Translations under genes and position numbers: made by a program | Notes under the pieces: model-generated | Told to the model about the DNA's origin: nothing | Database searches by the model: none | What the model saw: the letters and a program-made list of their open reading frames with translations, nothing else | From: an uncultured Actinomycetes bacterium | Lineage (GTDB): Bacteria; Actinomycetota; JAICYB01 | NCBI GenBank assembly: GCA_964560135.1 | Contig: CAZLKN010000005.1 | Location: forward strand, 18,731-82,730 | Reading direction: 5' to 3' | DNA: 64,000 nt | Part shown: piece by piece, positions 38,384-48,281 of the stretch | Layout of the letters: every line of letters starts with the position of its first letter | Position numbering within the stretch: position 1 is the stretch's first letter

Positions 38384-38928
38384 GAGGGGGCCACCTCAAA
38401 GTGCTCCTTCGCGGTGTCTCCGCGGCCGCGGGCGCCCGCCACCACCTCGACGGTCGCCTCCCCGAGCGGGGTATCCGGACGAAGGGTCCAGGACCATGCG
38501 TGCTCGCCCGTCGTATTCGCGTGGGTGGGGACGAAATGGATGTCAGGCGTGTAGGAGGTGTCGCTGTAATAGGCGGAAAGCCCGATCATCACCTCGGGCT
38601 CGGTGCGTACGTCCGCGGTCATCGTGCTCCCGGGCACGGCACAGGAGGCGGACAGGGTGAGTTCGAGGAGGAACGGACGGTCCGGATCGTCCTCTGCATC
38701 TGAGGCGGGCCGGTCGTCGGATGGGGGATCTGCCTCCTGCACCGGCTCCGGTGTGGATGGACGATCCTCGGAACCATCCTCCGGCGAACCCCCGGAGCCC
38801 GTCTCCTCCTGCACCGTGGAGGCCGGGTCGAGATCCTCACCGGATCCGGCGCGCGAAGCTTCGCCTCCTCCGCAGGCCGCCAAGGCCAGCAGCAGGACGG
38901 CGCCCACCGCCGAACAGCGGATCCTCAT
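38377..38928 (-). CDS. Hypothetical lipoprotein with acidic low-complexity linker
   Basis: Lipobox LAACG; 183 aa; start overlaps the livF stop. Confidence 0.55.
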   Translation of the reverse strand: MRIRCSAVGAVLLLALAACGGGEASRAGSGEDLDPASTVQEETGSGGSPEDGSEDRPSTPEPVQEADPPSDDRPASDAEDDPDRPFLLELTLSASCAVPGSTMTADVRTEPEVMIGLSAYYSDTSYTPDIHFVPTHANTTGEHAWSWTLRPDTPLGEATVEVVAGARGRGDTAKEHFEVAPSC

Positions 38929-39680
38929 CGGTCCGAGCTGCCGACGGCCTCGGCGTCGCTGCCCACCTCGGCATCTCCGAGGTAGCTGGCGAGGAGCGCT
39001 GGGTCGTCCCGCATCTCACGGGAGTCGCCTTCGAGCACCACCTCGCCCTTGGCCAGCACGTAGGCCCGGGAGGTGTGAGCGAGAGCCTTGTGGACGAACT
39101 GCTCGACGACGAGCGCCGCCGTCCCCTCCCGGTTCACCTCTTCGAGGTTCTCGAAGAGCAGCTCCACGATCATCGGCGCCAGCCCGAGGGACAACTCGTC
39201 GATGAGCAGAAGCCGTGGCCGGGACATGAGCGCCCTCGACATGGCGAGCATCTGCTGCTCGCCTCCGGACATCGTCCCCGCCGCCTGCGTCCGCCGTTCC
39301 CGCAGCTTCGGGAAGAGGGTGAAGGCTCGTTCCAGGGCCTCGTCGTATCCGGGTTCCTTGCGCCGGGGCAGGTAGCCCATGCGCAGGTTCTCCTCAACCG
39401 ACAGGGTCGGGAACAGTTCCCGGCCCTCCGGGAGATGGGCGATCCCGAGGCGCACGATGTCGTACGAGGGCAGCCCTTGGATCGGCTTCCCATCGAAGAG
39501 GATCTCCCCCGAGGTGGGCGCCATCATCCCCGAGACCGCCCGCAGGGTTGTCGTCTTCCCGGCACCGTTCGCGCCGAGCAGAGACACCATCTCTCCCTCC
39601 CCGACCTCCAGACGGACCCCGCGCAGCGCGCGCACGGCCCCGTAGGACACGTCGATGTCGCGGATCTCGAGCAGTGCCAT
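38925..39680 (-). CDS. Branched-chain amino acid ABC transporter ATP-binding protein (LivF-like), operon 1
   Basis: Walker A GANGAGKTT, signature LSGGEQQ, Walker B LLLIDE. Confidence 0.85.
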   Translation of the reverse strand: MALLEIRDIDVSYGAVRALRGVRLEVGEGEMVSLLGANGAGKTTTLRAVSGMMAPTSGEILFDGKPIQGLPSYDIVRLGIAHLPEGRELFPTLSVEENLRMGYLPRRKEPGYDEALERAFTLFPKLRERRTQAAGTMSGGEQQMLAMSRALMSRPRLLLIDELSLGLAPMIVELLFENLEEVNREGTAALVVEQFVHKALAHTSRAYVLAKGEVVLEGDSREMRDDPALLASYLGDAEVGSDAEAVGSSDR

Positions 39681-42600
39681 CTAGACCACCCCCACCGGTT
39701 CTTCGACGTCCTCGTCCTCGGGGGCCTTCCCGAGATAGGCGGCGATCACGGCCGGGTCCCGCTGGACCTCGGCGGGGCGACCCTCGGCGATAAGCCTGCC
39801 CCGGTCGAGCACGTACACGTAGTCGGAGACGGACATGACCATCTGCACGTCGTGCTCGATGAGCAGCACCGTCACGCCGAGGTCGCGGATCTCGCGGATG
39901 ACGTCCACGAGCCCCTCGGTCTCGCTGTCGTCGAGGCCGGAGGCGGCCTCGTCGAGCATCATGAAGGGCAGTCCCGTCACCATCGCACGCGCCACCTCGA
40001 CCATCCGCAGGACGCCGAAGGGCAGGTCGCCCGGGCGCTTGTCGGCGTACTCCTGGAGGCCGAGCCGCTCGATCACCTCGTTGACCCGCTGGCGGGAGCG
40101 CTGTTCGGCCTCCAGGAAGGTGGGGCTGGCCGCCAGATGCGATGCCAGCCCGGTGGCGTTGTCGAGGTGTGTGGCCACCAGGAGGTTGTCAAAGACGGTG
40201 AGCTGCGGGAAGAGCTGGAGGACCTGGAAGGTCCGGGCGACCCCGAGGCGGGCGCGATCATGGACGGGCACGTCCGTGACGTCCCGCCCGTGCAGTTCGA
40301 CGCGGCCCGCGGTGGGCTCGATGATCCCGGCGATGGAGTTGAACGTCACGGTCTTCCCGGCGCCGTTCGGCCCGATGAGCCCGACGATCTCCCCTTCCCG
40401 CACCTCGAGGGAGACCTCGTCGACGGCGGTGAGCCCGCCGAAACGAACGGTGACCTCCTGGGCGCGCACGACCACCGGCCGTTCCTCTCGGGACCGGTCG
40501 CCGTCCAGCGACACCGACGGCGCCGGCGTGTCGGGCGCGGAGGTCGACGGGCTCCCCGCAGAGGCTTCCGTTTCCTCGGTCGGCGCAGCCGCTGCCCGCC
40601 GAGCCGCAGCCAGGACCGATGCCGGCAGATGCTCCAGGGCCGGGCTCTCGAGCCGTTCGCGGATCCGCTCCCCCGTCCTCAGGCGTGCCCAGCGTACGTC
40701 TTCGATGAACTTGTCGATCCCACGGTCGAGAAGAGCGAGGACCGCCATGACCCTCGAGATACCTCCGACGGCGTGGGCGATCCGGCTCCCGAGAGCCCCG
40801 AGGCCCCCCGGGTAGGTGAGGAGCACCAGAGCGAGGAGCGCGGAGGACACGACATCGAGCAGCCCCCCGAACGCCGCGACACGGAAGAAGACGACATCGA
40901 GCATGGCGAACAGCACTCCGGCGGCGACGGCACCACCCAGGCTCCGCAGACCTCCCACGACGACGATGGCCACGAACAGCAGCGACTTCTGGACCACGAA
41001 GTCATCGGGGCTGACGATGTTGGCCTCGGACATCATCAGGCTCCCGGCGGCGCCGGCGAGGAACCCCGACAGGGTGAACGCCATGACCTTGTACCGGGTC
41101 ACATCGATCCCCAGGGACGCTGCGGCCATCTCCGAGCCCTGCACGGCGAAGAAGGCCCGGCCGGTCTTCGAGTCGCGGAGGTTGGCGGCGGCGAGCAGAC
41201 CCACGGCGGTCAACGCCCAGAGCACGAAGTACATCGTCCGCTGGTTGGAGAAGTCGAAGTGCGGGAAGGTGCCCGACGACCCGATGGTGGTGGCGTCGAT
41301 CCGCAGGTGCTGGGTGACGACGTTCTGCCGGAACAGGAACTCGGCGGCCATCCACCCGAAGATGAGGGTGGCCACGGCGAGGAACAGACCGCGGACCCGC
41401 ACCGCGACCATGCCCAGGCCGACAGCGAAGATCGCGGCCACGGCCCCGGCCACAGGCAGGTTCAACGGGAAGGGGATCCCGAGTCCGGATGCCAGCCAGC
41501 CCGTGGCGTATGCGCCGATCCCGACGAAGGCCGCGTGCCCCAGGGAGATCTGGCCCACCCACCCGATCAGGACGACCAGCGACACGGCCACGAGCGTCAG
41601 GACGGCGCCCATGTTCACCGCGCCCACGACATCGAAGGGCGCAGCGAAAGGCAGCGCGAAGGCAGCCAACAGGCCGAGAATCATCAGCGGACGCTTCCCC
41701 GCCGCCAGGGGCCCCAAGCCGACGAACTGCCGCTTGCCGGCGACGACGAGCGACTCGGCACGGACGTCGCCCCCGGTGATCCTCTCCCCGCGGCTCACCA
41801 TGACCGCCACTGCGGCGAGGGCGAGGAAGAGTTGGGGACCCCCCTGGAGGTCCTCGAGAGCGCCGATCCCGGGAACAACCGAGAATGCGGCCGCGGCCAC
41901 GGCCGACCCGATCACCGCCCCCGGGAGGCTCACGAGGCCACCGAGAAGAGCTGCCACGAAGGCGGGGATGGCCTGGAAGGACAGCACGTAGACATGGAGG
42001 TTCGTGATCCCCGCGAGCATGATCCCCGACAGGGCCGCGAGCGTACCGCCGATGACCCACGTCAGCGCCGTGATCCGGTCCGGGTCGACGCTCATGAGGC
42101 CCGCCGCTCGGCGGTTCTCGGCCGTTGCCCGCATGATGAGCCCGAGGTCGGTGAACTTGAAGAGAGCCATGAGGCCCGCCGTCAGCGCCAGCGCCGCACA
42201 GAACAGCCCGAACTCCCCGTAACGCACGAAGGAGCCGCCGACCTCGACCCCTCCATCGGGGAACACGTTCGGGGCGCGCTCCGTGGCCGTACCGAAGATC
42301 CGCGCCGACACGGCCAGGACCACCCCGAAGGCGGCGACCGTCCCCACCGTCTGGGCCGTGGGCCCCTGTGGTCGCAGGGTACGGACGAAGACCCGCTCCA
42401 CCGCGTAGCCGAGCGCACCGCCGGCGGCAAGTCCGCAGAGGAGAGCGAAGGGTAGTGGGATCCCCACTCGGGCGGCCCACACGAGTGCCACGAGCACGAC
42501 CACCGAGGCTCCAGCCCCGGCGGCGAGACGCGTGCGGCGGGGGACACCGACGCCGAGAACGAATCCGACGAGGGGACCCATGCACACCGCGGGGATGATC

Positions 42601-42800
42601 GCCGCAAGGAGGCCCTCCGCCAGGCCTGAGTCCCCGCGATGGAGCACGAAGGTGACGTAGGCGGGGAACATCACCATCGCTCCGTGGGCGAGGTTGAGCA
42701 CCTTCGAGGCCCGGTAGATCATGACGATCCCCACGGCGAGGATCGCGAACGCACCGAGGAGACCCAGGGACAACAGCAGGGAGATGAGGAGATCGGCCAC
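39681..42800 (-). CDS. Triple fusion LivH-like permease + LivM-like permease + LivG-like ATPase (1039 aa), operon 1
   Basis: Two successive polytopic permease modules followed by an ABC ATPase (GPNGAGKT, LSGG-like signature, LLIEHD); single uninterrupted ORF. Confidence 0.8.
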   Translation of the reverse strand: MADLLISLLLSLGLLGAFAILAVGIVMIYRASKVLNLAHGAMVMFPAYVTFVLHRGDSGLAEGLLAAIIPAVCMGPLVGFVLGVGVPRRTRLAAGAGASVVVLVALVWAARVGIPLPFALLCGLAAGGALGYAVERVFVRTLRPQGPTAQTVGTVAAFGVVLAVSARIFGTATERAPNVFPDGGVEVGGSFVRYGEFGLFCAALALTAGLMALFKFTDLGLIMRATAENRRAAGLMSVDPDRITALTWVIGGTLAALSGIMLAGITNLHVYVLSFQAIPAFVAALLGGLVSLPGAVIGSAVAAAAFSVVPGIGALEDLQGGPQLFLALAAVAVMVSRGERITGGDVRAESLVVAGKRQFVGLGPLAAGKRPLMILGLLAAFALPFAAPFDVVGAVNMGAVLTLVAVSLVVLIGWVGQISLGHAAFVGIGAYATGWLASGLGIPFPLNLPVAGAVAAIFAVGLGMVAVRVRGLFLAVATLIFGWMAAEFLFRQNVVTQHLRIDATTIGSSGTFPHFDFSNQRTMYFVLWALTAVGLLAAANLRDSKTGRAFFAVQGSEMAAASLGIDVTRYKVMAFTLSGFLAGAAGSLMMSEANIVSPDDFVVQKSLLFVAIVVVGGLRSLGGAVAAGVLFAMLDVVFFRVAAFGGLLDVVSSALLALVLLTYPGGLGALGSRIAHAVGGISRVMAVLALLDRGIDKFIEDVRWARLRTGERIRERLESPALEHLPASVLAAARRAAAAPTEETEASAGSPSTSAPDTPAPSVSLDGDRSREERPVVVRAQEVTVRFGGLTAVDEVSLEVREGEIVGLIGPNGAGKTVTFNSIAGIIEPTAGRVELHGRDVTDVPVHDRARLGVARTFQVLQLFPQLTVFDNLLVATHLDNATGLASHLAASPTFLEAEQRSRQRVNEVIERLGLQEYADKRPGDLPFGVLRMVEVARAMVTGLPFMMLDEAASGLDDSETEGLVDVIREIRDLGVTVLLIEHDVQMVMSVSDYVYVLDRGRLIAEGRPAEVQRDPAVIAAYLGKAPEDEDVEEPVGVV

Positions 42801-42802
42801 AG

Positions 42803-44233
42803 CTACAGGGCGGGGTCGGGGATGAACCCGGTCTGGCGGTCCCGGAATCCGGCGAACGAACCCTGGGCCACGAGGATCTCGAAGGCCTGGGCGCTACGGT
42901 TCGCGAAGCGCTGGTCGGGTGACCACTGCAGCGTCGTGGCGAAGTCGCTCGTGTAGGTCATCGCGTTGATGGCCTCGCGCAACCGTGCCCGCGTCAGGTT
43001 CGGGCCGACCTGCTCGAGGGCCTCCACGAACACGTCCATCCCCAGGTAGGAGCCCTGGAGAAACTGGTTCGTGACGTCCACTGTGGGGCTGACGGTACGT
43101 ACATCGTTCACGTAGTCGGAGATGCCGGGCTTGGATGCATGATGGCCGATGGCCGGGTTGTACCCGGTCCACACGAGCAGCCCTTCACAGTCCGCACCGC
43201 AGTTCCCGGCGAACTCCTCGTTGAACAGGGTCTGCGCGCCGCTCGTGATCTGCCGTCCCATCTCCGGGCGGCCGGCGATCCATGTGAGCGCCGTCTGCGG
43301 CTCGAGAAGCAGGGCCACGAAGTCGCAGCCGCCCTCACAAGCCTGGTTGAAGCGCCGGACCTCCGCCGAGTACGAGGCCTGCGCGGGCTGCACGCCGATA
43401 AAGGCCTTGAGCTCGGTGCCGGGCATCGCCTCGACCTGGGCCTTGAAGGCGTCCGCCCCCTCGCGCCCGAAACGGTAGAACCGGTCGTAGACGATGGCGA
43501 AGCTCTTCGAACCCTGATCGTGGCCGTACTTGGCCATCACCCGCATCGTGGAGATGGTGGCGGTGGCCACCGGCCACACCCACGGGCTCTCGTACTGCTG
43601 GATGAGCATCCCGTCCGATCCCACCACGGGGATCCCGGCGTTCTCGATGTCGCCGGCCTCGATGGAGGCGGTCAATCCCTCCGAGGACGGCACGACGGGC
43701 AGGGCGAACTGACCCTCCTCGATGAAGTTCCGGATGAAGGTACGGCCCCGGGCTGCGTCCCAGCCGTCGTCGCGCATGGTGAGATCGAGCAGCCGGCCGC
43801 AGATCCCTCCCTCGGCATTCACCCGCCGCACCACGGCCTGCATGCCGATGGGCGAGTCGCCCAGGAAGCTCGAGCCCGGGCCCGACTGCACGACCGTGGA
43901 TGCGAGGCGGATCCGGTCGCCCGTCACACCATCATCGGTGGCGCCGCCGTTGCGGCCGCGGGCGCACTCCAGGCCTCCCGATTCCTCAGCACGCCGCTGG
44001 GTGCCGCCGTCGGCGGAACCCTGGCCGGCTCCCTCGTCCACGAACTCGGCCGCCGTGCCATCGTCGCCGCCGTCGCCGCCGCCGGAAAGCGCACCATCTG
44101 CCGCGTCGCCGTCCACCGCACCCGCGCCGTCCCGGGTGAGGCCGGTGATCTCCGAGCTCGGCGGGATGAAGGCCACGGCCCCCAGCAGCGCCGCGAAGGC
44201 CACCGCGAAGAACGCCCGGCGGAGGCCCGCCAT
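42803..44233 (-). CDS. Liv-type ABC transporter substrate-binding protein with long acidic Gly/Asp/Ala-rich N-terminal tether, operon 1
   Basis: Start taken at the internal ATG (MAGLRRAFFAVAF... signal peptide); periplasmic binding protein type I fold region. Confidence 0.7.
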   Translation of the reverse strand: MAGLRRAFFAVAFAALLGAVAFIPPSSEITGLTRDGAGAVDGDAADGALSGGGDGGDDGTAAEFVDEGAGQGSADGGTQRRAEESGGLECARGRNGGATDDGVTGDRIRLASTVVQSGPGSSFLGDSPIGMQAVVRRVNAEGGICGRLLDLTMRDDGWDAARGRTFIRNFIEEGQFALPVVPSSEGLTASIEAGDIENAGIPVVGSDGMLIQQYESPWVWPVATATISTMRVMAKYGHDQGSKSFAIVYDRFYRFGREGADAFKAQVEAMPGTELKAFIGVQPAQASYSAEVRRFNQACEGGCDFVALLLEPQTALTWIAGRPEMGRQITSGAQTLFNEEFAGNCGADCEGLLVWTGYNPAIGHHASKPGISDYVNDVRTVSPTVDVTNQFLQGSYLGMDVFVEALEQVGPNLTRARLREAINAMTYTSDFATTLQWSPDQRFANRSAQAFEILVAQGSFAGFRDRQTGFIPDPAL

Positions 44234-47199
44234 CAGGCCATCGCCTCCTTCAGCGCCCGGCGTCGCAGCGCCAGGTAGACGGGGGTGAAGAGCAGCAACC
44301 ACATCAGGGCGGCCATGAAGGCATCCCTCGGTGAGCGAAGCAGGAACCCGAGCCCCTCGAACATCATCTTGATGGGGTTCCGCTGCGCGCCGACGGCAGC
44401 ACCGTTGGGATCCTCCCCCTGCGCCTGCTGCGCTTCCTGCAGGACGCGTGCCCGCATCGACGGCGGAACGGTCATCTCCGTGATGAGGGCCGGGAGATCG
44501 AAGTCGAGCAGGTCGTCGGCGGTCTCGAAGCCCTCGCGCAGGAAGATCCCATAGGTCGCGCTCGCGTCGGTGCCGGCGAACTGGTACACCTGTCGCCCTC
44601 GACCGTGTGTGGGGTGGTCGTTGAAGATCACGATCTCGAGCGCCGGAACCTGGGTCGCCGGATCGTTGTTCACCACCCGGTTCGAAAGCTCTTCGAGCCG
44701 GTCGCGCTGGATCGAGGCCAGGTACCCGCCGCTGGTCCCCTGAGCGAGTTCGAAGTCCGGCTCGGGGACGTTCACCTCCCCGCGGGTGCCGAGGGCTCGG
44801 TCGAGGGCCGCCATGAACGGGTGGCGGCTGAGGTTGGGCTCGATGGTTCCGGACACCACGGGGATGCTCGGATCACCGCAGCTGTCGGCCTCGCCCGTCG
44901 GTGGGACCCCCACCTCGGGCGGAACCTGCCCGCGCACCTCCTGGAGCACGGCCTCCTCCATCTCCTCGTTGGGGTACCGCACGTTGCACAGTCGACGAGC
45001 GAAGAACGTTGAAGCCGACCCCGAACGCCCGGCGGCCCAAGACTCGGCGACCGTCATCGCCGAGTCGATGAAGATCTCGTCATCGATGGAGATGTTGCGC
45101 GCGAACGCCTCAGAGCGCGCGACGAGACCGCGCTCGGGGTCGCGGTACACGCGCACGTCGCCTCCGACGTCACCCACGCGGACGATGCCGGGATCTTCCA
45201 CTCCCGCGTCCTCGAGGGCGCCCGCGACCGGCGATGCCCGGCCCTGCCCGGTGACTTCCTCCTGCTCCTGCCTGCAAGCCACCGCTGCCGTGAACCCCGA
45301 CAACTCGTGTTCGCCGAGGCGCGCATGGTCGTGGGCGGCCTCGCCTTCGCCCGCGCACTCGGCCGTCTGGAAGGGCCAGCTATGTCCAGCGGCCTCGTCG
45401 ATGGGATTGTCTTCCTCTCCTGTGGCCGTCGAGGGACGGGGCCACTCGTCCTCGAGGAACCAGAGCGCCGGCGGGAAGGGCCAGCAGCGCTCCACAGGCT
45501 CCTCGATGTCGATCTTGCTGCCGGCGTCGGTGTCGGCGGCGGCCGCCGCACCCGCGGCGAGATCGTTGGAGAGCGCGGCCCGGGCGACCTGCCCGAAGAC
45601 GTACTCTCGATCCTGCCGTCCGCAGGGAGAGCCGGCCTGGATCGCCGCGCCCCGGCCACCTTCACCCGGCGCCACACCGTCCAGGCCCCCGACGAACAGC
45701 GTCCGCAGGCCGTAGGCGTGGCCGGAGCCCGTGAAGTTCACACCGGTCACCCCGGGCTGCTCGTCCTCGTCGACCGTGAAGCGGTCCAGATCCTCAAGCG
45801 GCGGCACCGTGGCGACCGGAAGATCGTCGCGGACGACGAGGTACTCGCAGCGCCCGCCGGGCGAGCAGTCCGTCTCTTCGTCGCCCTGGGGAAGGACGAA
45901 CACTTGGCGCTGCCCGGACGCGGGATTCACGTCCACCGGGATGCCCGTCATGTCCGGACCGCCCGCGTAGGGCGCGAACTGGTCGAACTCGAGGAACTGG
46001 GGAGCGGGGTCGTTGCGAATATCGGAGACGAGCAGGCCGCCCCGGCGCTCGGAGCGTCCCCGCTTGGTGGGTGGGGCGAGCATGTACAGGCGCCCGGAGA
46101 GCGGGTCGAGCCCCGCTCCGGTGTTGCGTGGAGTGACCGTGCCGGAGAGGACGCCGCTGAACGCCTCCCGGGACCCGTTGAAGACCCACCAGGCCTCACC
46201 CTCGGTGGAGGAGACCCGGAACAGCAGCCGGTCCCCTTCGGGATCGGCGAAGACGTCGCGCAGATGCTGTGGTCCGGCGAACGCCTCTTCGCTTTGGGGA
46301 CGGTTGTTCTCGTCCACGAGGAGCCGCACGGCGAACCCGAGACCGCCCGGGCCGTTGCACCCGAGGTAGATGTACGGTCCGAGGCGGGCCTGGAACAGTG
46401 CGATCTGGTAGTTGCCCGGCGGAAGCCGCCCGGCCCCGCAGGAGGCGACGCGATGGATCCAGTCCTGGCGCCCGGTCTCGACGTCCCACTGGGCCACCCA
46501 GAGGTGCTGCTCCCCGGGGGTGGTGGGTTCCTGGCGGAGGATGAGGATCTTCGGCCTCCCCACGAATTGGGCGGGGACGAAGGCCATCCCGTACGCGTTC
46601 GCATTCGGCGTGTGGGGGACCTGCGGCAGGCAGCGCTCGGCGGTGCAGACGGTCGCCGGTTCGTCGGGGTCCGGCCGTACCTCCACGAAGGACGTCGGCT
46701 CGGTGGCCTCGGTGATGGACATGGCGCGAACGACCTCGCTGGGCTCCTTGCCCGCCTCGAGCGCATCGCCGTCCACCTCGAGAACTCCGCCGGCGGTGCC
46801 ACCCAACGCCGTATAGGCCAGGTAGAGCATGTTGCGTTCTTCGTCTACGGCGTGAACCCATTCCACCGTGTCGGCGGGCGTCCCTGCAGACCTCCGGATC
46901 TGATAGGGCACGGTCACGGAGGCCACGATTTCCAGCCGGTCGAGGTCCACGATCCGGATGCGGGTTCCGTCACTCGTCCGCAGCACGTTGAACGCCCGGC
47001 GGGCCTGCGAGTTGACGAAGAGCACAGGATCGGTACGATCCCCGAGCGCGTCGTCGGGGATCTCCATGGCGAGGCGGTCCACGGTGACGAGGGGTTGCTC
47101 CTCCCCGGTGGCCGGCGGGACGAAGGACAACACGAGCAGAGCCGCGACTGCGGCCGCCAGCACGTTCAGGAAACGATATCTACCCGAACGGTTCCGCAT
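44233..47199 (-). CDS. Large (988 aa) exported protein of unknown function with C-terminal TM anchor
   Basis: GGGAGGGGAG RBS then ATG (MRNRSGRYRFLNVLAAAVAALLVLSF signal peptide); Trp-rich beta-rich regions; C-terminal hydrophobic helix followed by RRR; no family recognised. Confidence 0.6.
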   Translation of the reverse strand: MRNRSGRYRFLNVLAAAVAALLVLSFVPPATGEEQPLVTVDRLAMEIPDDALGDRTDPVLFVNSQARRAFNVLRTSDGTRIRIVDLDRLEIVASVTVPYQIRRSAGTPADTVEWVHAVDEERNMLYLAYTALGGTAGGVLEVDGDALEAGKEPSEVVRAMSITEATEPTSFVEVRPDPDEPATVCTAERCLPQVPHTPNANAYGMAFVPAQFVGRPKILILRQEPTTPGEQHLWVAQWDVETGRQDWIHRVASCGAGRLPPGNYQIALFQARLGPYIYLGCNGPGGLGFAVRLLVDENNRPQSEEAFAGPQHLRDVFADPEGDRLLFRVSSTEGEAWWVFNGSREAFSGVLSGTVTPRNTGAGLDPLSGRLYMLAPPTKRGRSERRGGLLVSDIRNDPAPQFLEFDQFAPYAGGPDMTGIPVDVNPASGQRQVFVLPQGDEETDCSPGGRCEYLVVRDDLPVATVPPLEDLDRFTVDEDEQPGVTGVNFTGSGHAYGLRTLFVGGLDGVAPGEGGRGAAIQAGSPCGRQDREYVFGQVARAALSNDLAAGAAAAADTDAGSKIDIEEPVERCWPFPPALWFLEDEWPRPSTATGEEDNPIDEAAGHSWPFQTAECAGEGEAAHDHARLGEHELSGFTAAVACRQEQEEVTGQGRASPVAGALEDAGVEDPGIVRVGDVGGDVRVYRDPERGLVARSEAFARNISIDDEIFIDSAMTVAESWAAGRSGSASTFFARRLCNVRYPNEEMEEAVLQEVRGQVPPEVGVPPTGEADSCGDPSIPVVSGTIEPNLSRHPFMAALDRALGTRGEVNVPEPDFELAQGTSGGYLASIQRDRLEELSNRVVNNDPATQVPALEIVIFNDHPTHGRGRQVYQFAGTDASATYGIFLREGFETADDLLDFDLPALITEMTVPPSMRARVLQEAQQAQGEDPNGAAVGAQRNPIKMMFEGLGFLLRSPRDAFMAALMWLLLFTPVYLALRRRALKEAMA

Positions 47200-47242
47200 C
47201 CGGTCTCCCCTCCCGTTCATCCCGCTTTGTCCTCATCCTCTC

Positions 47243-47266
47243 CGAAGTACCGGTGGGCGCCCTAGG
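47243..47266. terminator. Perfect 11-bp-stem palindrome GGTGGGCGCCC-TA-GGGCGCCCACC followed by GATTTTTAA, inside an AT-rich intergenic island
   Basis: Seen directly; lies between the secreted-protein gene and the 988-aa gene, 23-46 nt upstream of the latter's start. Confidence 0.5.
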
Positions 47267-47348
47267 GCGCCCACCGATTTTTAACCTCTGCTTAGGACCA
47301 GAACCACTTCCTATGGTAGGTCCTTCCTCACGTTCTCTTCCACACCAC

Positions 47349-48254
47349 CTACCGGAGTGGGTCGCTGGCACCCGGCCAGCCCGGAGGCAGCGGGAAACTC
47401 ACCGTCATCCCCTCGGTCACGAACCCCGAGGTGGGCTGCGGGTCCACCGGGCTCAGCCCGGCGTTCCCCGTTCCCTCACCGCCGGAACGCGACGAGGTGA
47501 AGCCGATGACCGCCACGGGGCCGGTCCCGGTGGCGTTCCCCTGCCCGATGAGGGGCAGGATGGTCGCGGCGCTCTGCTGCCAGGCCAGGTAGGCCGTCGT
47601 CACCGCGCCGGTCTGCAACGCCGTGGCTTCCGACCAGCCGCGACCCTTCGAGCTGAAGGCGTGGGCACCGGTGGCACTGAGACCCGGCGTCAGCCAGCCG
47701 TAGGATTCGATATTGCACTGCGTGGGATCCGGGTTACTCGGGTCGACGATGTTCGTGACGCAAGCCGAGGAGTCGGCATCGATGACCCCGGCCGGGTCGG
47801 GGAGCCCCGCGCCTACGCTGAGCCGGTACGGGCCCACCATCGGGGGGCCCATCCCGGGCGCCCAGAGGCCGGCCGTGCTGCCACGTCCGGTGACCACGTT
47901 CTTCGCGGCCGCCCAGATCTGGTCCTCCCACGACTGGCACCCGCCGGCGTTCACGGCGCCCCCGGTCGCGGAGAGCATCGGGCCGTACTCGGAGTCGGTC
48001 GGCTGCCCCGGGTCCCACCTGGGCATCCTGGTCGGGGGCGGATCCGGATGACCCTGGAGCCTGGTCCACTCACCCGACGACAGCTGGCTTCCGCCGCTGC
48101 CGCACACCCAGCCGGTGCCCTGGAAGATGATGATCCCCACCGGCTGGTCCTGCGCCTGCGCCGGGGCGATCCCCAGCAGGCCGGCGACGAGACCCATCGC
48201 CGCCAGAAGTGCAACTCTCCTTCTCATCTCCCCCTCCTTGTCCGGGTGCGTCAA
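47349..48254 (-). CDS. Secreted protein of unknown function (Gly/Pro/Thr-rich)
   Basis: 301 aa; signal peptide with AQA cleavage site; start possibly the internal ATG at 48227. Confidence 0.55.
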   Translation of the reverse strand: MTHPDKEGEMRRRVALLAAMGLVAGLLGIAPAQAQDQPVGIIIFQGTGWVCGSGGSQLSSGEWTRLQGHPDPPPTRMPRWDPGQPTDSEYGPMLSATGGAVNAGGCQSWEDQIWAAAKNVVTGRGSTAGLWAPGMGPPMVGPYRLSVGAGLPDPAGVIDADSSACVTNIVDPSNPDPTQCNIESYGWLTPGLSATGAHAFSSKGRGWSEATALQTGAVTTAYLAWQQSAATILPLIGQGNATGTGPVAVIGFTSSRSGGEGTGNAGLSPVDPQPTSGFVTEGMTVSFPLPPGWPGASDPLR

Positions 48255-48281
48255 AGGAACGTTGATGCCGTTCTTCCTTCC

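Noticed and set aside
38721-42455. 1244-aa plus ORF
   Set aside because: Antisense to the LivF and LivHMG fusion genes. His/Gly/Asp/Arg-rich. Shadow ORF.
45307-47265. 652-aa plus ORF
   Set aside because: Antisense to the 988-aa exported protein gene. Composition not protein-like.
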